64,000 nucleotides of DNA from Bacteroidota bacterium (GCA_030680835.1 JAUXUD010000014.1:18965-82964); one strand, 5' to 3'. Counted from the stretch's first letter, positions 40,510-50,395 are shown. Numbers and translations are program-made. Notes: generated by a model from the letters alone, not told the origin.

Positions 40510-40863
40510 ATGACTCATAAAGATTTAGAGGTTTGGAAGAAAAGCATTGATTTTGTTACCCGGATATATGATCTCACAAAAGAATATCCAAAGGAAGAAT
40601 TATTTGGTTTAGTTTCACAAATAAGAAGAGCAGCAGTTTCAATTCCTTCGAATATTGCAGAAGGTGCGTCAAGAAAAGGCAAAACAGAATTCAGGCATTT
40701 TTTATATATTTCATTAGCAAGCGGAGCTGAATTAGAAACACAATTAATAATTTCCGGAAATTTAAATTACATTAGTAAAGAAAAGCAAACTGAATTAATT
40801 GAAGAACTAAATATAATATCAAAAATGCTGCAAGGCTTAATCAAATCACTAAATCTAAACTGA
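40510..40863 (+). CDS. four-helix-bundle protein (23S rRNA intervening-sequence protein family, TIGR02436-like)
   Basis: 117 aa. DLEVWKKSIDFVTRIY...LVSQIRRAAVSIPSNIAEGASR is the hallmark of this family. Confidence 0.8.
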   Translation: MTHKDLEVWKKSIDFVTRIYDLTKEYPKEELFGLVSQIRRAAVSIPSNIAEGASRKGKTEFRHFLYISLASGAELETQLIISGNLNYISKEKQTELIEELNIISKMLQGLIKSLNLN

Positions 40864-40875
40864 ATTCAAATAACT

Positions 40876-40930
40876 AACTACAAGTCACTCAATGGACAAA
40901 CCAGTCACTAATCACCAATCACCAATCACC
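40876..40930. repeat. inverted counterpart of the 40371 repeat plus (AATCACC)3
   Basis: actacaagtcactcaatgg...cagtcactaatcaccaatcaccaatcacc. CACCAATCACCAATCACC also occurs at 40487-40506, immediately before the four-helix-bundle gene. Confidence 0.8.
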
Positions 40931-40942
40931 AAGCTAAAAGTA

Positions 40943-42136
40943 ATGACCGTAGTGGGTACCCGCCCCGAAATAATTCGTTTATCCAGAGTAATGGCTAAAT
41001 TGGATGAATCACCAGCAATTGAACATATAATCGTCCATACCGGCCAAAACTATGATTATGAATTGAATCAGATTTTCTTTGACGATATGGGAATCAGAAA
41101 ACCTGATCATTTTTTAAATGCGGCTGGAGAAACGGCAACTGAAACTATTGGCCAGATTCTGATTAAAATTGATGCGTTACTGGCCCATACAAATCCAGAT
41201 GCATTTTTAGTTTTAGGTGATACTAATTCTTGCCTTTGCGCCATACCAGCAAAGAAAAGGCATATCCCGATTTTCCACATGGAGGCTGGGAATCGTTGTT
41301 TTGATCAACGCGTTCCTGAAGAAACCAATCGAAAAATCGTAGATCATATATCCGATATTAATCTAACCTACAGTGATATTGCCAGAGAGTATTTACTTAG
41401 AGAAGGGTTACCAGCCGATAGAATAATAAAAACAGGTTCTCCCATGTTTGAAGTATTAAATCATTATAAAGCTAAAATTGAATCTTCTGATATTTTAAAC
41501 CGGTTGCATTTAGAGAAAGGTAAATATTTCGTTGTGTCCGCTCACCGTGAAGAAAATATAAACAGTGATAAAAACTTTTTGGGGTTAATAACAAGTTTGA
41601 ATGCTATTGCTGAAAAATATAAATTCCCAATAATTGTAAGTACTCATCCCCGCACACGCATTCGTTTGGAGAAGCTCTCAACAGACAGCAATCAGCGGTC
41701 AGCAGTCAGCAGTCAGCTATCAGAAAATAATAGTCAGATGAAAGCTGACCGCCGAATGCTGATAGCTGACAGCTTGATCCAATGGCAAAAACCAATGGGA
41801 TTTAGTGATTACAATTACCTCCAAATGAACGCCTTTGCAGTTTTATCTGATAGTGGTACGATTTCAGAAGAATCATCCATTTTGAATTTCCCCGCCCTAA
41901 ATATTAGAGATGCACATGAAAGACCTGAAGCTATGGAAGAAACTTCAGTAATGATGATGGGATTGAGTCCAGAAAGAATATTACAAGGTTTGGAACAATT
42001 GAAACATGAAGAATTATTTAATCAACGAATTTATAGACCGGTAGACGACTACTCTATGCCTAATGTTTCAGATAAAATGGTTAGGATTATTTTAAGTTAT
42101 ATAGATTATGTGAAAAGGGTTGTTTGGAATGAATAG
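40943..42136 (+). CDS. UDP-N-acetylglucosamine 2-epimerase, non-hydrolysing (CapG/FnlC/WbjD family). Carries an in-frame palindromic insertion.
   Basis: MTVVGTRPEIIRL...HPRTR. The start is moved to the ATG at 40943. The track start at 40892 translates the flanking repeat as TNHQSPITK. The segment coding STDSNQRSAVSSQLSENNSQMKADRRMLIADS (about 41685-41780) is a DNA palindrome. Confidence 0.8.
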   Translation: MTVVGTRPEIIRLSRVMAKLDESPAIEHIIVHTGQNYDYELNQIFFDDMGIRKPDHFLNAAGETATETIGQILIKIDALLAHTNPDAFLVLGDTNSCLCAIPAKKRHIPIFHMEAGNRCFDQRVPEETNRKIVDHISDINLTYSDIAREYLLREGLPADRIIKTGSPMFEVLNHYKAKIESSDILNRLHLEKGKYFVVSAHREENINSDKNFLGLITSLNAIAEKYKFPIIVSTHPRTRIRLEKLSTDSNQRSAVSSQLSENNSQMKADRRMLIADSLIQWQKPMGFSDYNYLQMNAFAVLSDSGTISEESSILNFPALNIRDAHERPEAMEETSVMMMGLSPERILQGLEQLKHEELFNQRIYRPVDDYSMPNVSDKMVRIILSYIDYVKRVVWNE

Positions 42137-43340
42137 TAAGGATATTATTTGTATAGTATCTGCCGTTTTCCCTCCGGAACCAGTTGTTTCAGCGAAATTA
42201 TCATTAGATATTGCAACTGAACTTTCAAAGAGTTTCAAGGTAATTGTTATTACTCCGAAGCCAACCAGACCTTTCGGTATTAACAATTTGGATTTATTTG
42301 TAAATAACAATATTTTTGAGCATCATTACATTGAAAATTATACTTCACCAAAGCCCTCAATTATTGGAAGACTTTATGAAAGTTATTCATTAGGTACAAG
42401 TGTAATTGGATTTATTGAAAAAAATAAAATAAATATCCGGGCAATTTATTTAAATGTCTGGCCTGTATTTTCCCAAGGATTAATTGTTAAGTGGGCTAAA
42501 TCAAATGGAGTTAAAACTATATTACATGTGCAGGATATTTACCCAGAATCCATAACTGCAAAAATGCCATATTTATTGGGATTGCCTGTAAATTATTTTT
42601 TTAGGAAATATGATAAGCATGTCATGCAAAATGCAAGTAAGATTATTGCCATTTCCAACAACATGAAGGCATATTTATCTGAAAGTCGTCATATTGAACC
42701 AGAAAAAATTGAGGTAGTTCGGAATTGGCAAAGTGAGGTTAGAAATATTGAAACTTTAAATTCAAAAAAAGAACGGAATGCAATTTTTACTTTTATGTAT
42801 CTTGGAAGTATTAATAAAAGTTCTGGTTTAGACTTTATTATCAAGTGTTTTGGGGGGCTTAATTTATCAAATACCAGACTTGTAATTGCCGGAAATGGAT
42901 CTGAAAAAGAAAATTGTATGGATTTGGCAAATTCATACCCAACCAGTAAAATTGAGTTTTGGGATGCTTCACCGGATTATGTTTATAAATTACAGGCAGA
43001 TGCAGATGTAATGATATTACCATTAAAAAAAGGGATTGGCCTTACGGCAACCCCTTCAAAATTACTCGCATATTTATTTTCGGCAAAACCAATACTTGCC
43101 TGTGTTGAGTCAATTAGCGATACTGCCAATATCATTGTTAAATCACAAAGTGGCTGGGTTACGCCTCCCGAAGACATAAATGAGTTGAAAAAATCCATTT
43201 TGAATATTGTTAAAATTGATTTCGATGTATTGAAGGAAATGGGGATTAAAGGATATAAATACGCAAATATTAATTTATCCAAAGATGTAAGTTTAAAGGG
43301 AATCGTAAAAATAATTTCTAAAATTCAATCTGCATCATGA
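42120..43340 (+). CDS. glycosyltransferase family 4, WbuB/WbjE-like (L-FucNAc-type transferase)
   Basis: The N-terminus IICIVSAVFPPEPVVSAKLSLDIA is typical of WbuB-like enzymes. Confidence 0.7.
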   Translation: MFGMNSKDIICIVSAVFPPEPVVSAKLSLDIATELSKSFKVIVITPKPTRPFGINNLDLFVNNNIFEHHYIENYTSPKPSIIGRLYESYSLGTSVIGFIEKNKINIRAIYLNVWPVFSQGLIVKWAKSNGVKTILHVQDIYPESITAKMPYLLGLPVNYFFRKYDKHVMQNASKIIAISNNMKAYLSESRHIEPEKIEVVRNWQSEVRNIETLNSKKERNAIFTFMYLGSINKSSGLDFIIKCFGGLNLSNTRLVIAGNGSEKENCMDLANSYPTSKIEFWDASPDYVYKLQADADVMILPLKKGIGLTATPSKLLAYLFSAKPILACVESISDTANIIVKSQSGWVTPPEDINELKKSILNIVKIDFDVLKEMGIKGYKYANINLSKDVSLKGIVKIISKIQSAS

Positions 43341-43957
43341 ATATCAGGCTTGCAAATAATTTGGATATTAATGCAATTACTGATTTGCATTGTATTTCAT
43401 TTACCATTCATGATCATGTACCCATGATGTTAGGTAGGAACTATGTAAAATCAACCTATAGGTGGTTAATTAATTCTAATCAATCTTATGTCCTGGTTTC
43501 AATAATTGATAACGAAATAGCAGGAGTTGTGGCTGTATGTGATGGGCCATTTACAAAACCAATGTTTATTGCCTGTTTGCCTTCATTTATTCGCAGCATT
43601 CTCATAAGTCCAAATAGACTTTTCAATAGATTACTTTGGAATAGATTATTTAGGAAGGCTGAAACGCCTGAGGGGCATAAATTAGAAAATTTACCTGGTT
43701 TTGCTCAAATGACCATTGGGATTGTTGATCCTAAACATCGTGGAAAAGGTGTATTTAGTAAATTAATTGAAGAAACAAAAAACCAATGCAGAACACGGGG
43801 AAGTAAGTTATTACGTGCTGGCATTTATAAAGTAAACAATTCCAGTCGTAAAACATTTATAAATGCAGGTTGGCCTGAATTAAAACAATTAGAAACAAGT
43901 GATACTGTTTTTTATGCTGCATTTATAACAGATGAATATTATAGTTTGTTTTTTTAA
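43337..43957 (+). CDS. GNAT-family N-acetyltransferase
   Basis: GIVDPKHRGKGVFSKL (acetyl-CoA binding R/Q-x-x-G-x-G/A). Confidence 0.5.
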   Translation: MNIRLANNLDINAITDLHCISFTIHDHVPMMLGRNYVKSTYRWLINSNQSYVLVSIIDNEIAGVVAVCDGPFTKPMFIACLPSFIRSILISPNRLFNRLLWNRLFRKAETPEGHKLENLPGFAQMTIGIVDPKHRGKGVFSKLIEETKNQCRTRGSKLLRAGIYKVNNSSRKTFINAGWPELKQLETSDTVFYAAFITDEYYSLFF

Positions 43958-44024
43958 TCTTCGAAATAGTATTTACGCTTTAATCTTAAATTTCTCTATT
44001 TTTTAATCCTCCCTAACTAATTTT

Positions 44025-45242
44025 ATGAATATTCCCTTTTCTCCGCCATTTGTTGATCAAGATGTCATTGATGAAGTTGTTAATACTCTCGAAACAGGTT
44101 GGATTACCACAGGGCCTAAGGTTAAAGCTCTCGAAATTGAGACGGCAAAATTAGTAGAAGTAAATAATGTTCTTTGCGTTAATTCAGCAACTTCGGCCCT
44201 AATGCTAATACTTCATTGGTATGGCATTGGAAGTGGTGATGAAGTAATTGTTCCCGCCTATACATATAGTGCCACGGCTTTAGCTGTTATGCATGTTGGT
44301 GCAATTCCTATAATGGTTGATATTGAAAATGATTTTAACATTTCGGTCCAAAAAATAAAAGCAGCAATTACATCAAGAACAAAAGCAATAATGCCTGTAG
44401 ATATTGCTGGATGGCCATGTAATTATAATGAGATCAATTCTCTTGTAAATGATTCTGAAATAAAAAAACTATTTACTCCAAAAGGAGTTAACCAGGAAAA
44501 TTTAGGACGGATTTTGGTTTTGTCTGATGCAGCACATTCCATTGGTGCAAAATATTATGGTAAACAATCAGGAACCTTAACTGATATTTCTGTTTTCTCT
44601 TATCATGCTGTAAAAAATGTAACAACTGCAGAGGGAGGAGCAATCTGCCTGAATTTACCTGAACCATTTGATAATGCAGAAGTTTATAAAACTTTAAGAC
44701 TTTGGTCGTTAAACGGACAAACAAAAGATGCCTATACCAAGACACAGGCAGGTGGATGGAGGTATGATATTGTATATCCCGGGTTTAAAATAAATATGCC
44801 GGATGTATGTGCTGCAATAGGTTTGGCTCAGATAAAAAAGTATACCCAGCAACTATTAGTGGAAAGAAGAAGAGTATTTGAAGCATATAACAAATTGTTT
44901 TCGGAAAAAGACTGGGCAATTTTACCTCCTTTTGAAACAGAATACATTAAGTCAAGTTACCATTTATACGCACTGCGAATTAATAGTATTACAGAATCTG
45001 AAAGAGATGGAATGATGTATGAAATTGCAAAAACAGGAGTTTCAGTAAATGTTCATTTTATTCCAATGCCTATGTTATCAGTTTTTAAAAATATGGGATA
45101 TGATATAAAGGAATATCCAAATAGCTATGCTAATTATTCAAGGGAAATTTCATTACCTATATATCCACAGTTAACACAAGAACAAATTGAATTTATCGTA
45201 TTATCTACTGAGCAAGCTTTCAAGCAAATAAAAATATTTTAA
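44025..45242 (+). CDS. DegT-family UDP-4-keto-6-deoxy-HexNAc aminotransferase (PglE/WecE-like)
   Basis: PLP-Lys motif SYHAVKNVTTAEGG. Confidence 0.75.
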   Translation: MNIPFSPPFVDQDVIDEVVNTLETGWITTGPKVKALEIETAKLVEVNNVLCVNSATSALMLILHWYGIGSGDEVIVPAYTYSATALAVMHVGAIPIMVDIENDFNISVQKIKAAITSRTKAIMPVDIAGWPCNYNEINSLVNDSEIKKLFTPKGVNQENLGRILVLSDAAHSIGAKYYGKQSGTLTDISVFSYHAVKNVTTAEGGAICLNLPEPFDNAEVYKTLRLWSLNGQTKDAYTKTQAGGWRYDIVYPGFKINMPDVCAAIGLAQIKKYTQQLLVERRRVFEAYNKLFSEKDWAILPPFETEYIKSSYHLYALRINSITESERDGMMYEIAKTGVSVNVHFIPMPMLSVFKNMGYDIKEYPNSYANYSREISLPIYPQLTQEQIEFIVLSTEQAFKQIKIF

Positions 45243-45829
45243 TGATTCGTTTTTTTGATTTTACCTTTTCTATTTGTGGGCTTATTTTAATAAGCCCTTT
45301 GTTTTTAATAATATCCCTGCTCATAAAAATTACTTCAAAGGGACCTGTTTTATTCAAACAAATGAGGGTAGGTTTAAACAATCATGATTTTAAGCTTTAC
45401 AAATTCAGAACAATGAAAATTGATTCAGATAAAAATGGATTACTTACAATTGGTGGAAATGACAGTAGGATTACAAAAATTGGCAATTATCTAAGGAAAT
45501 TAAAATTAGATGAACTGCCGCAACTAATAAATGTTCTTTGGGGTGATATGAGTTTGGTGGGGCCCAGACCAGAAGTAAGAAAATATGTTGATTTATACAA
45601 CCCTGTACAATTAAAGGTTCTGCAAGTTAAACCAGGTATCACAGATTTAGCTTCTATTTATTATAAAAATGAAAATGACGAACTGGGTAGGTCATCAGAT
45701 CCTGAAAAAACATATACCCAGGAAATAATGCCCCATAAATTGGCTTTAAACCAGACCTTTATAAACAATCCTTCTTTGTTTAATTATTTCAAAATTATTT
45801 TCAAAACATTTTTCTCAATTCTAAAATAA
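45242..45829 (+). CDS. initiating undecaprenyl-phosphate sugar-phosphotransferase (small PglC/WbaP-C-terminal bacterial sugar transferase family)
   Basis: KLDELPQLINVLWGDMSLVGPRPE. One N-terminal TM helix. 195 aa. Confidence 0.85.
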   Translation: MIRFFDFTFSICGLILISPLFLIISLLIKITSKGPVLFKQMRVGLNNHDFKLYKFRTMKIDSDKNGLLTIGGNDSRITKIGNYLRKLKLDELPQLINVLWGDMSLVGPRPEVRKYVDLYNPVQLKVLQVKPGITDLASIYYKNENDELGRSSDPEKTYTQEIMPHKLALNQTFINNPSLFNYFKIIFKTFFSILK

Positions 45830-45952
45830 TCTACTTTTCGTGATTTTGATTAAACACACATACGTCATGTCACAATTATAATTGAATTTCGAAATGATAA
45901 ACTTGCAGGACTAATAAATTTCAGAAACTTCAATAAGTAAAAATAAGACAGT

Positions 45953-47089
45953 ATGAAGGTTGCACTAATAACAGGAATTACAGGACAAGATGGAGCATAT
46001 TTAACAGAATTCCTTTTAAACAAAGGGTATTTTGTTCATGGAATTAAAAGACGAAGCAGTCTGTTTAATACTGAAAGAATAGATCATCTCTACCAGGATC
46101 CGCATGAAAAACATCTCCGCTTAAAATTACATTATGGAGATTTAACAGATAGTACTAATCTCATAAGAATTATACAAGAAACCCAACCTGATGAAATATA
46201 TAACCTCGCGGCTATGAGCCATGTACATGTTAGTTTTGAAACCCCTGAATATACTGCAAATGCGGATGGGATCGGAACTCTCAGGATTTTAGAAGCAGTT
46301 CGTTTACTTGGTTTGAGTCAAAAAACAAAAGTTTATCAGGCGTCAACTTCTGAATTATACGGCCTTGTGCAGGAAGTACCCCAGAATGAAAAAACCCCAT
46401 TCTATCCACGTTCACCATATGCCGTTGCTAAATTATATGGATATTGGATTACAGTAAATTACAGGGAGGCATATAAAATGTTTGCTTGCAATGGTATTTT
46501 ATTCAACCATGAAAGTCCGATGCGTGGAGAGACTTTTGTTACACGTAAAATTACCCGGGCAGTTAGCAAAATAGTGTTAGGCCTGAATGAGAAGCTTTAT
46601 TTGGGCAATTTGAATGCCCAACGTGATTGGGGACATGCAAAAGATTATGTAGAAGCCATGTGGTTAATTTTGCAGCAGGAAATGCCAGAAGATTTTGTGA
46701 TTGCAACGGGAATTACTACATCAGTTAGAGAATTTGTACGCTTGGCTTTTGAAAATGTTGGCATTAATTTGGTTTTTGAAGGCTTAGGTGAACATGAATA
46801 TGGAAAGATAGGTTCTTTTAATAATTCCAGACTTACCGAATTGGGAATTATTAACACCAAACTAAAAATTGGAGATACTTTAGTTCAGGTTGATCCAAAA
46901 TATTATCGCCCAACCGAAGTTGATTTGTTAATCGGTGACCCAACAAAATCACAAAGAAAACTTGGATGGAAACCAAAATATGATTTGGCTTCATTGGTAA
47001 CAGAAATGATTGAAAGCGATTTAAAATTGGTAAAAAGAGATTTGTACTTAAAAGATAAAGGGTATAAAGTTTTGTCTAAGCTTGAATGA
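45953..47089 (+). CDS. gmd: GDP-mannose 4,6-dehydratase
   Basis: [22 protein letters not shown]...HGIKRRSS is diagnostic of Gmd. Confidence 0.9.
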   Translation: MKVALITGITGQDGAYLTEFLLNKGYFVHGIKRRSSLFNTERIDHLYQDPHEKHLRLKLHYGDLTDSTNLIRIIQETQPDEIYNLAAMSHVHVSFETPEYTANADGIGTLRILEAVRLLGLSQKTKVYQASTSELYGLVQEVPQNEKTPFYPRSPYAVAKLYGYWITVNYREAYKMFACNGILFNHESPMRGETFVTRKITRAVSKIVLGLNEKLYLGNLNAQRDWGHAKDYVEAMWLILQQEMPEDFVIATGITTSVREFVRLAFENVGINLVFEGLGEHEYGKIGSFNNSRLTELGIINTKLKIGDTLVQVDPKYYRPTEVDLLIGDPTKSQRKLGWKPKYDLASLVTEMIESDLKLVKRDLYLKDKGYKVLSKLE

Positions 47090-47327
47090 ATATAACGTGA
47101 AAATGTAAAGATAAAATTGAAAACCCTTTTCACAATGATCTAATTTGATGATGCGTGTTTTCTTAGGACTGTGAGAATTGTGAATGGAAGGGAAACAAAT
47201 ATTAGCCGTTCAATTTTGAAATAGTAGTAGGAATTAAGAGTTAAGAATTAAGAATTTGGAAGTGTGAAAATGATTTCATAATTCATACTTCATCATTCAA
47301 ACTTAAAATAAAACTGAAAGATAAATA

Positions 47328-48479
47328 ATGTCAAAAATAAAATTTGTAATTATTGGATTTGGGCATATTGGCAAACGCCATGCAACCATTGCGAATGATT
47401 ACCCGGGAGCTGAAGTAGTGGCTGTGGTGGATTTGAATAAAGATGTTGTAAAGCATGAGTTATTTCCTAAGGGTGCACAGTTTTTTGAAAGCATTGAAGC
47501 TTTTATGGGGGCGAAAGTTGCAGCGGATATTGTAACCATAGCAACACCAAATGGGTTTCATTGTCCGTATGCAATTAAGATGCTTGATGTGGGTTACCAT
47601 GTGGTGATTGAAAAACCTATGGGGCTCAGCAAAGCAGAGTGTGAACAGGTAATTTTTAAATCGCTTCAGGTATCCAAACAGGTATTTGTGGTTAAACAAA
47701 ATAGATATAGTCCGCCCAGTAAATGGATGAAGGAGATTGTTGGAAATAAAACAATTGGGGAAGTGTTAATGGTACAGGTTAATTGTTATTGGAATAGGGA
47801 TGAACGATACTATAAGAAGCGAGATCCCGATAGCTATCGGGAGAGAAACGAAATCCTTCGACAAGCTCAGGATGACAGGGAAATGAGAGTGGATATAGAT
47901 AAAAAAACTCATACCTCATACCTAATACCTCATAACTCATCAGACTGGAAAGGAACTTTGGATTTAGACGGTGGTACCCTGTTCACCCAATTCTCGCACT
48001 TCGTGGATATTATGTACTGGGTATTTGGCGATGTGAAAAACATCAAAGCTACCTTCGCCGATTTTAACCATGCTGAGCTTACTGAGTTTGAAGACAGCGG
48101 GGTTATAAATTTTGAGTTTGTAAATGGAGGATTAGGATGTATTAACTTTTCAACTTCTGTATGGGACACCAATATGGAAAGCAGCATTACAGTTGTTGGA
48201 ACAAAGGGAAGTTTTAAAGTAGGCGGACAGTATATGAATGAGGTAGTGTATTGCCATATAAAAGATTATGAAATGCCGGTGCTCCCTCCTACCAATGCGC
48301 CGAATGACTATGGTCCGTTTAAGGGGAGTGCGGCGAATCATCATTTTGTGATTGAGAATGTGGTGAATACTTTGAATGGCAGGGATACGATTACTGCGAA
48401 TGCGTTGGAGGGGTTGAAGGTTGTGGATATAATTGAACGCATCTACGAGCAGAGAGATTTGGCTAAATTAAAGAAATAA
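47328..48479 (+). CDS. UDP-N-acetyl-2-amino-2-deoxyglucuronate 3-dehydrogenase (WbpB/WlbA-like Gfo/Idh/MocA). Carries an in-frame MITE-derived insertion.
   Basis: FVIIGFGHIGKRHA and VVIEKPMG. The segment 47853-47944 matches the intergenic TIR repeat (ccttcgacaagctcaggatgacagg) and codes ...ILRQAQDDREMRVDIDKKTHTSYLIPHNS. Confidence 0.7.
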   Translation: MSKIKFVIIGFGHIGKRHATIANDYPGAEVVAVVDLNKDVVKHELFPKGAQFFESIEAFMGAKVAADIVTIATPNGFHCPYAIKMLDVGYHVVIEKPMGLSKAECEQVIFKSLQVSKQVFVVKQNRYSPPSKWMKEIVGNKTIGEVLMVQVNCYWNRDERYYKKRDPDSYRERNEILRQAQDDREMRVDIDKKTHTSYLIPHNSSDWKGTLDLDGGTLFTQFSHFVDIMYWVFGDVKNIKATFADFNHAELTEFEDSGVINFEFVNGGLGCINFSTSVWDTNMESSITVVGTKGSFKVGGQYMNEVVYCHIKDYEMPVLPPTNAPNDYGPFKGSAANHHFVIENVVNTLNGRDTITANALEGLKVVDIIERIYEQRDLAKLKK

Positions 48480-48480
48480 C

Positions 48481-48560
48481 CCGTTCACGCAGATTCCGCA
48501 GATTTTAGCAGATTCAATCTGCGATAATCTCCATTAATCTGCCAAATCTGCGTGAAAGGA
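48481..48560. repeat. REP-like palindromic element: TTCACGCAGAT (GCAGAT x3) ... (ATCTGC x3) ATCTGCGTGAA
   Basis: Read directly. Related copies are at 50396-50510 and 51025-51100. Confidence 0.85.
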
Positions 48561-48567
48561 TAAATAA

Positions 48568-49149
48568 ATGAATATGAAAAATTATTATTCACACGAAACA
48601 GCTATCATTGATGAAGGCTGTGAGATTGGTGAGGGTGTAAAAATCTGGCACTTCTCACATATTATGACGAATTGTATTATTGGCGAAAAATGCAATATTG
48701 GTCAGAATGTTGTGGTATCGCCTGAAGTTGTTTTGGGGAAAAATGTGAAGGTTCAAAACAATGTAAGTATTTATACGGGTGTTATTTGTGAGGATGATGT
48801 ATTTCTGGGACCGAGCATGGTTTTTACCAATGTGATAAATCCACGGAGTGCGGTGAATCGGAAGAGTGAATATGCAAAAACGGTAGTTAAAAAGGGAGCC
48901 AGTATTGGTGCCAATGTAACGATTGTATGCGGACATGATATTGGTGAGTATGCTTTTATCGGTGCGGGAGCGGTGGTTACCAAAACAGTTCCGGCTTATG
49001 CTCTTGTAGTGGGGAATCCGGCGAAGCAGATTGGTTGGGTATCGGAGTATGGGCATCGGTTGGTTTTTGATGAGAAAGGGAAAGCTTTTTGTATTGAAAC
49101 CAAACAGGAATATGAACTGAAAGACAATGTAGTAAAACGCCTTTTTTAA
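48568..49149 (+). CDS. left-handed beta-helix N-acetyltransferase (WbpD/WlbB-like)
   Basis: Hexapeptide repeats (IGEKCNIGQNVVV..., IGANVTIVCG...). It lies between the WbpB and WbpE homologues. Confidence 0.75.
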   Translation: MNMKNYYSHETAIIDEGCEIGEGVKIWHFSHIMTNCIIGEKCNIGQNVVVSPEVVLGKNVKVQNNVSIYTGVICEDDVFLGPSMVFTNVINPRSAVNRKSEYAKTVVKKGASIGANVTIVCGHDIGEYAFIGAGAVVTKTVPAYALVVGNPAKQIGWVSEYGHRLVFDEKGKAFCIETKQEYELKDNVVKRLF

Positions 49150-49264
49150 TTTTTAAAATTCTTATGCTACAAAGAAACAAAGGAACAAATAGTGACTCGA
49201 AATTTCTTATAGTCGTACTTTGTTTCTTTGTGCCTTTGTAGCAAAAAAAAAGTGAAAACATAAA

Positions 49265-50389
49265 ATGAAAATCCAAATGGTAGACTTAAAAAGTCAATAT
49301 GAAAAAATTAAATCGGAAGTAGATGCGGGTATCCAGGAAGTAATTGATAATACCGCTTTCATTAAAGGTCCGCAGGTAAAGAAGTTTGAAACAGAACTTA
49401 CGGCGTATTTAAATGTAAAGCATGTAATAGCCTGCGCCAACGGAACGGATGCTTTGCAAATAGCTATGATGGCGTTGGAACTGAAACCGGGTGATGAAGT
49501 TATTTTGCCTGCTTTTACATATGTTGCTACAGCGGAGGTGATTGCGTTATTGGGGTTGAAACCAGTAATGGTTGACGTGGAACCGGAGACGTTTTGTATA
49601 AATGTTCAATTAATCGAATCCAAAATTACCCCTAAAACAAAAGCTATTGTTCCAGTGCACTTGTTTGGGCAATGTGCCAATATGGACGCAATTTTAACAA
49701 TTGCCAGCAAGCACAGATTATTTGTAATTGAAGATACTGCACAGGCTTTAGGTTCTGTCTATACTTTTGGCGACCGGAGTAAAAAAAGTGCAGGGTGCAT
49801 GGGTACAATTGGTACTACAAGTTTTTTCCCTTCCAAAAACCTGGGTTGCTATGGGGATGGAGGAGCGTTAATGACGAACGACGATGAACTGGCTAAAAAA
49901 CTTAGAATGGTGGCAAACCATGGCCAGGCAATACAATATAAACATGATTGCATAGGTGTTAATTCAAGGTTGGATACCCTGCAGGCTGCGATATTACTTG
50001 CTAAGCTCCCACATTTGGATGCATATGCAGCAGCACGCCACCAGGCTGCAAACATATATGATCAACTATTGGGAAATCATCCAAAAATAAAAATACCGGC
50101 TCGCAATCCACAATCTACCCATGTGTTTCATCAATATACGATGCAATTAACAGGCGTTGACAGAGACACAGTTAGAAAAGCATTGGCTGATAAAGGAATT
50201 CCATCCATGGTTTATTATCCAATTCCACTTCATCAGCAAAAAGCGTTTTATAATCCCGATTATACCGATGCGGATTTTCCGGTGACGGTTGAGTTATGTA
50301 AGTCGGTTTTATCTTTGCCTATACATACGGAAATGGATGAAGAGATGATTCAATTTATATCCAATAATTTATTGGAGTTGGTTAGTTAG
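49265..50389 (+). CDS. DegT-family aminotransferase (WbpE/WlbC-like)
   Basis: FFPSKNLGCYGDGGALMT (PLP-Lys). Confidence 0.8.
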   Translation: MKIQMVDLKSQYEKIKSEVDAGIQEVIDNTAFIKGPQVKKFETELTAYLNVKHVIACANGTDALQIAMMALELKPGDEVILPAFTYVATAEVIALLGLKPVMVDVEPETFCINVQLIESKITPKTKAIVPVHLFGQCANMDAILTIASKHRLFVIEDTAQALGSVYTFGDRSKKSAGCMGTIGTTSFFPSKNLGCYGDGGALMTNDDELAKKLRMVANHGQAIQYKHDCIGVNSRLDTLQAAILLAKLPHLDAYAAARHQAANIYDQLLGNHPKIKIPARNPQSTHVFHQYTMQLTGVDRDTVRKALADKGIPSMVYYPIPLHQQKAFYNPDYTDADFPVTVELCKSVLSLPIHTEMDEEMIQFISNNLLELVS

Positions 50390-50395
50390 TATACG

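Noticed and set aside
40892-40942. N-terminal extension MDKPVTNHQSPITKLKV of the 2-epimerase
   Set aside because: This segment is a translation of the AATCACC heptamer and 21-mer repeats. The conserved enzyme begins at MTVVGTRPEII (ATG 40943).
47222-47250. Short TTAAGA(R) mini-repeat (gaattaagagttaagaattaagaatttgg) in the gmd-wbpB spacer
   Set aside because: Only about 3 degenerate units in AT-rich DNA. It is too short to distinguish from chance, so it is noted but not called as a feature.
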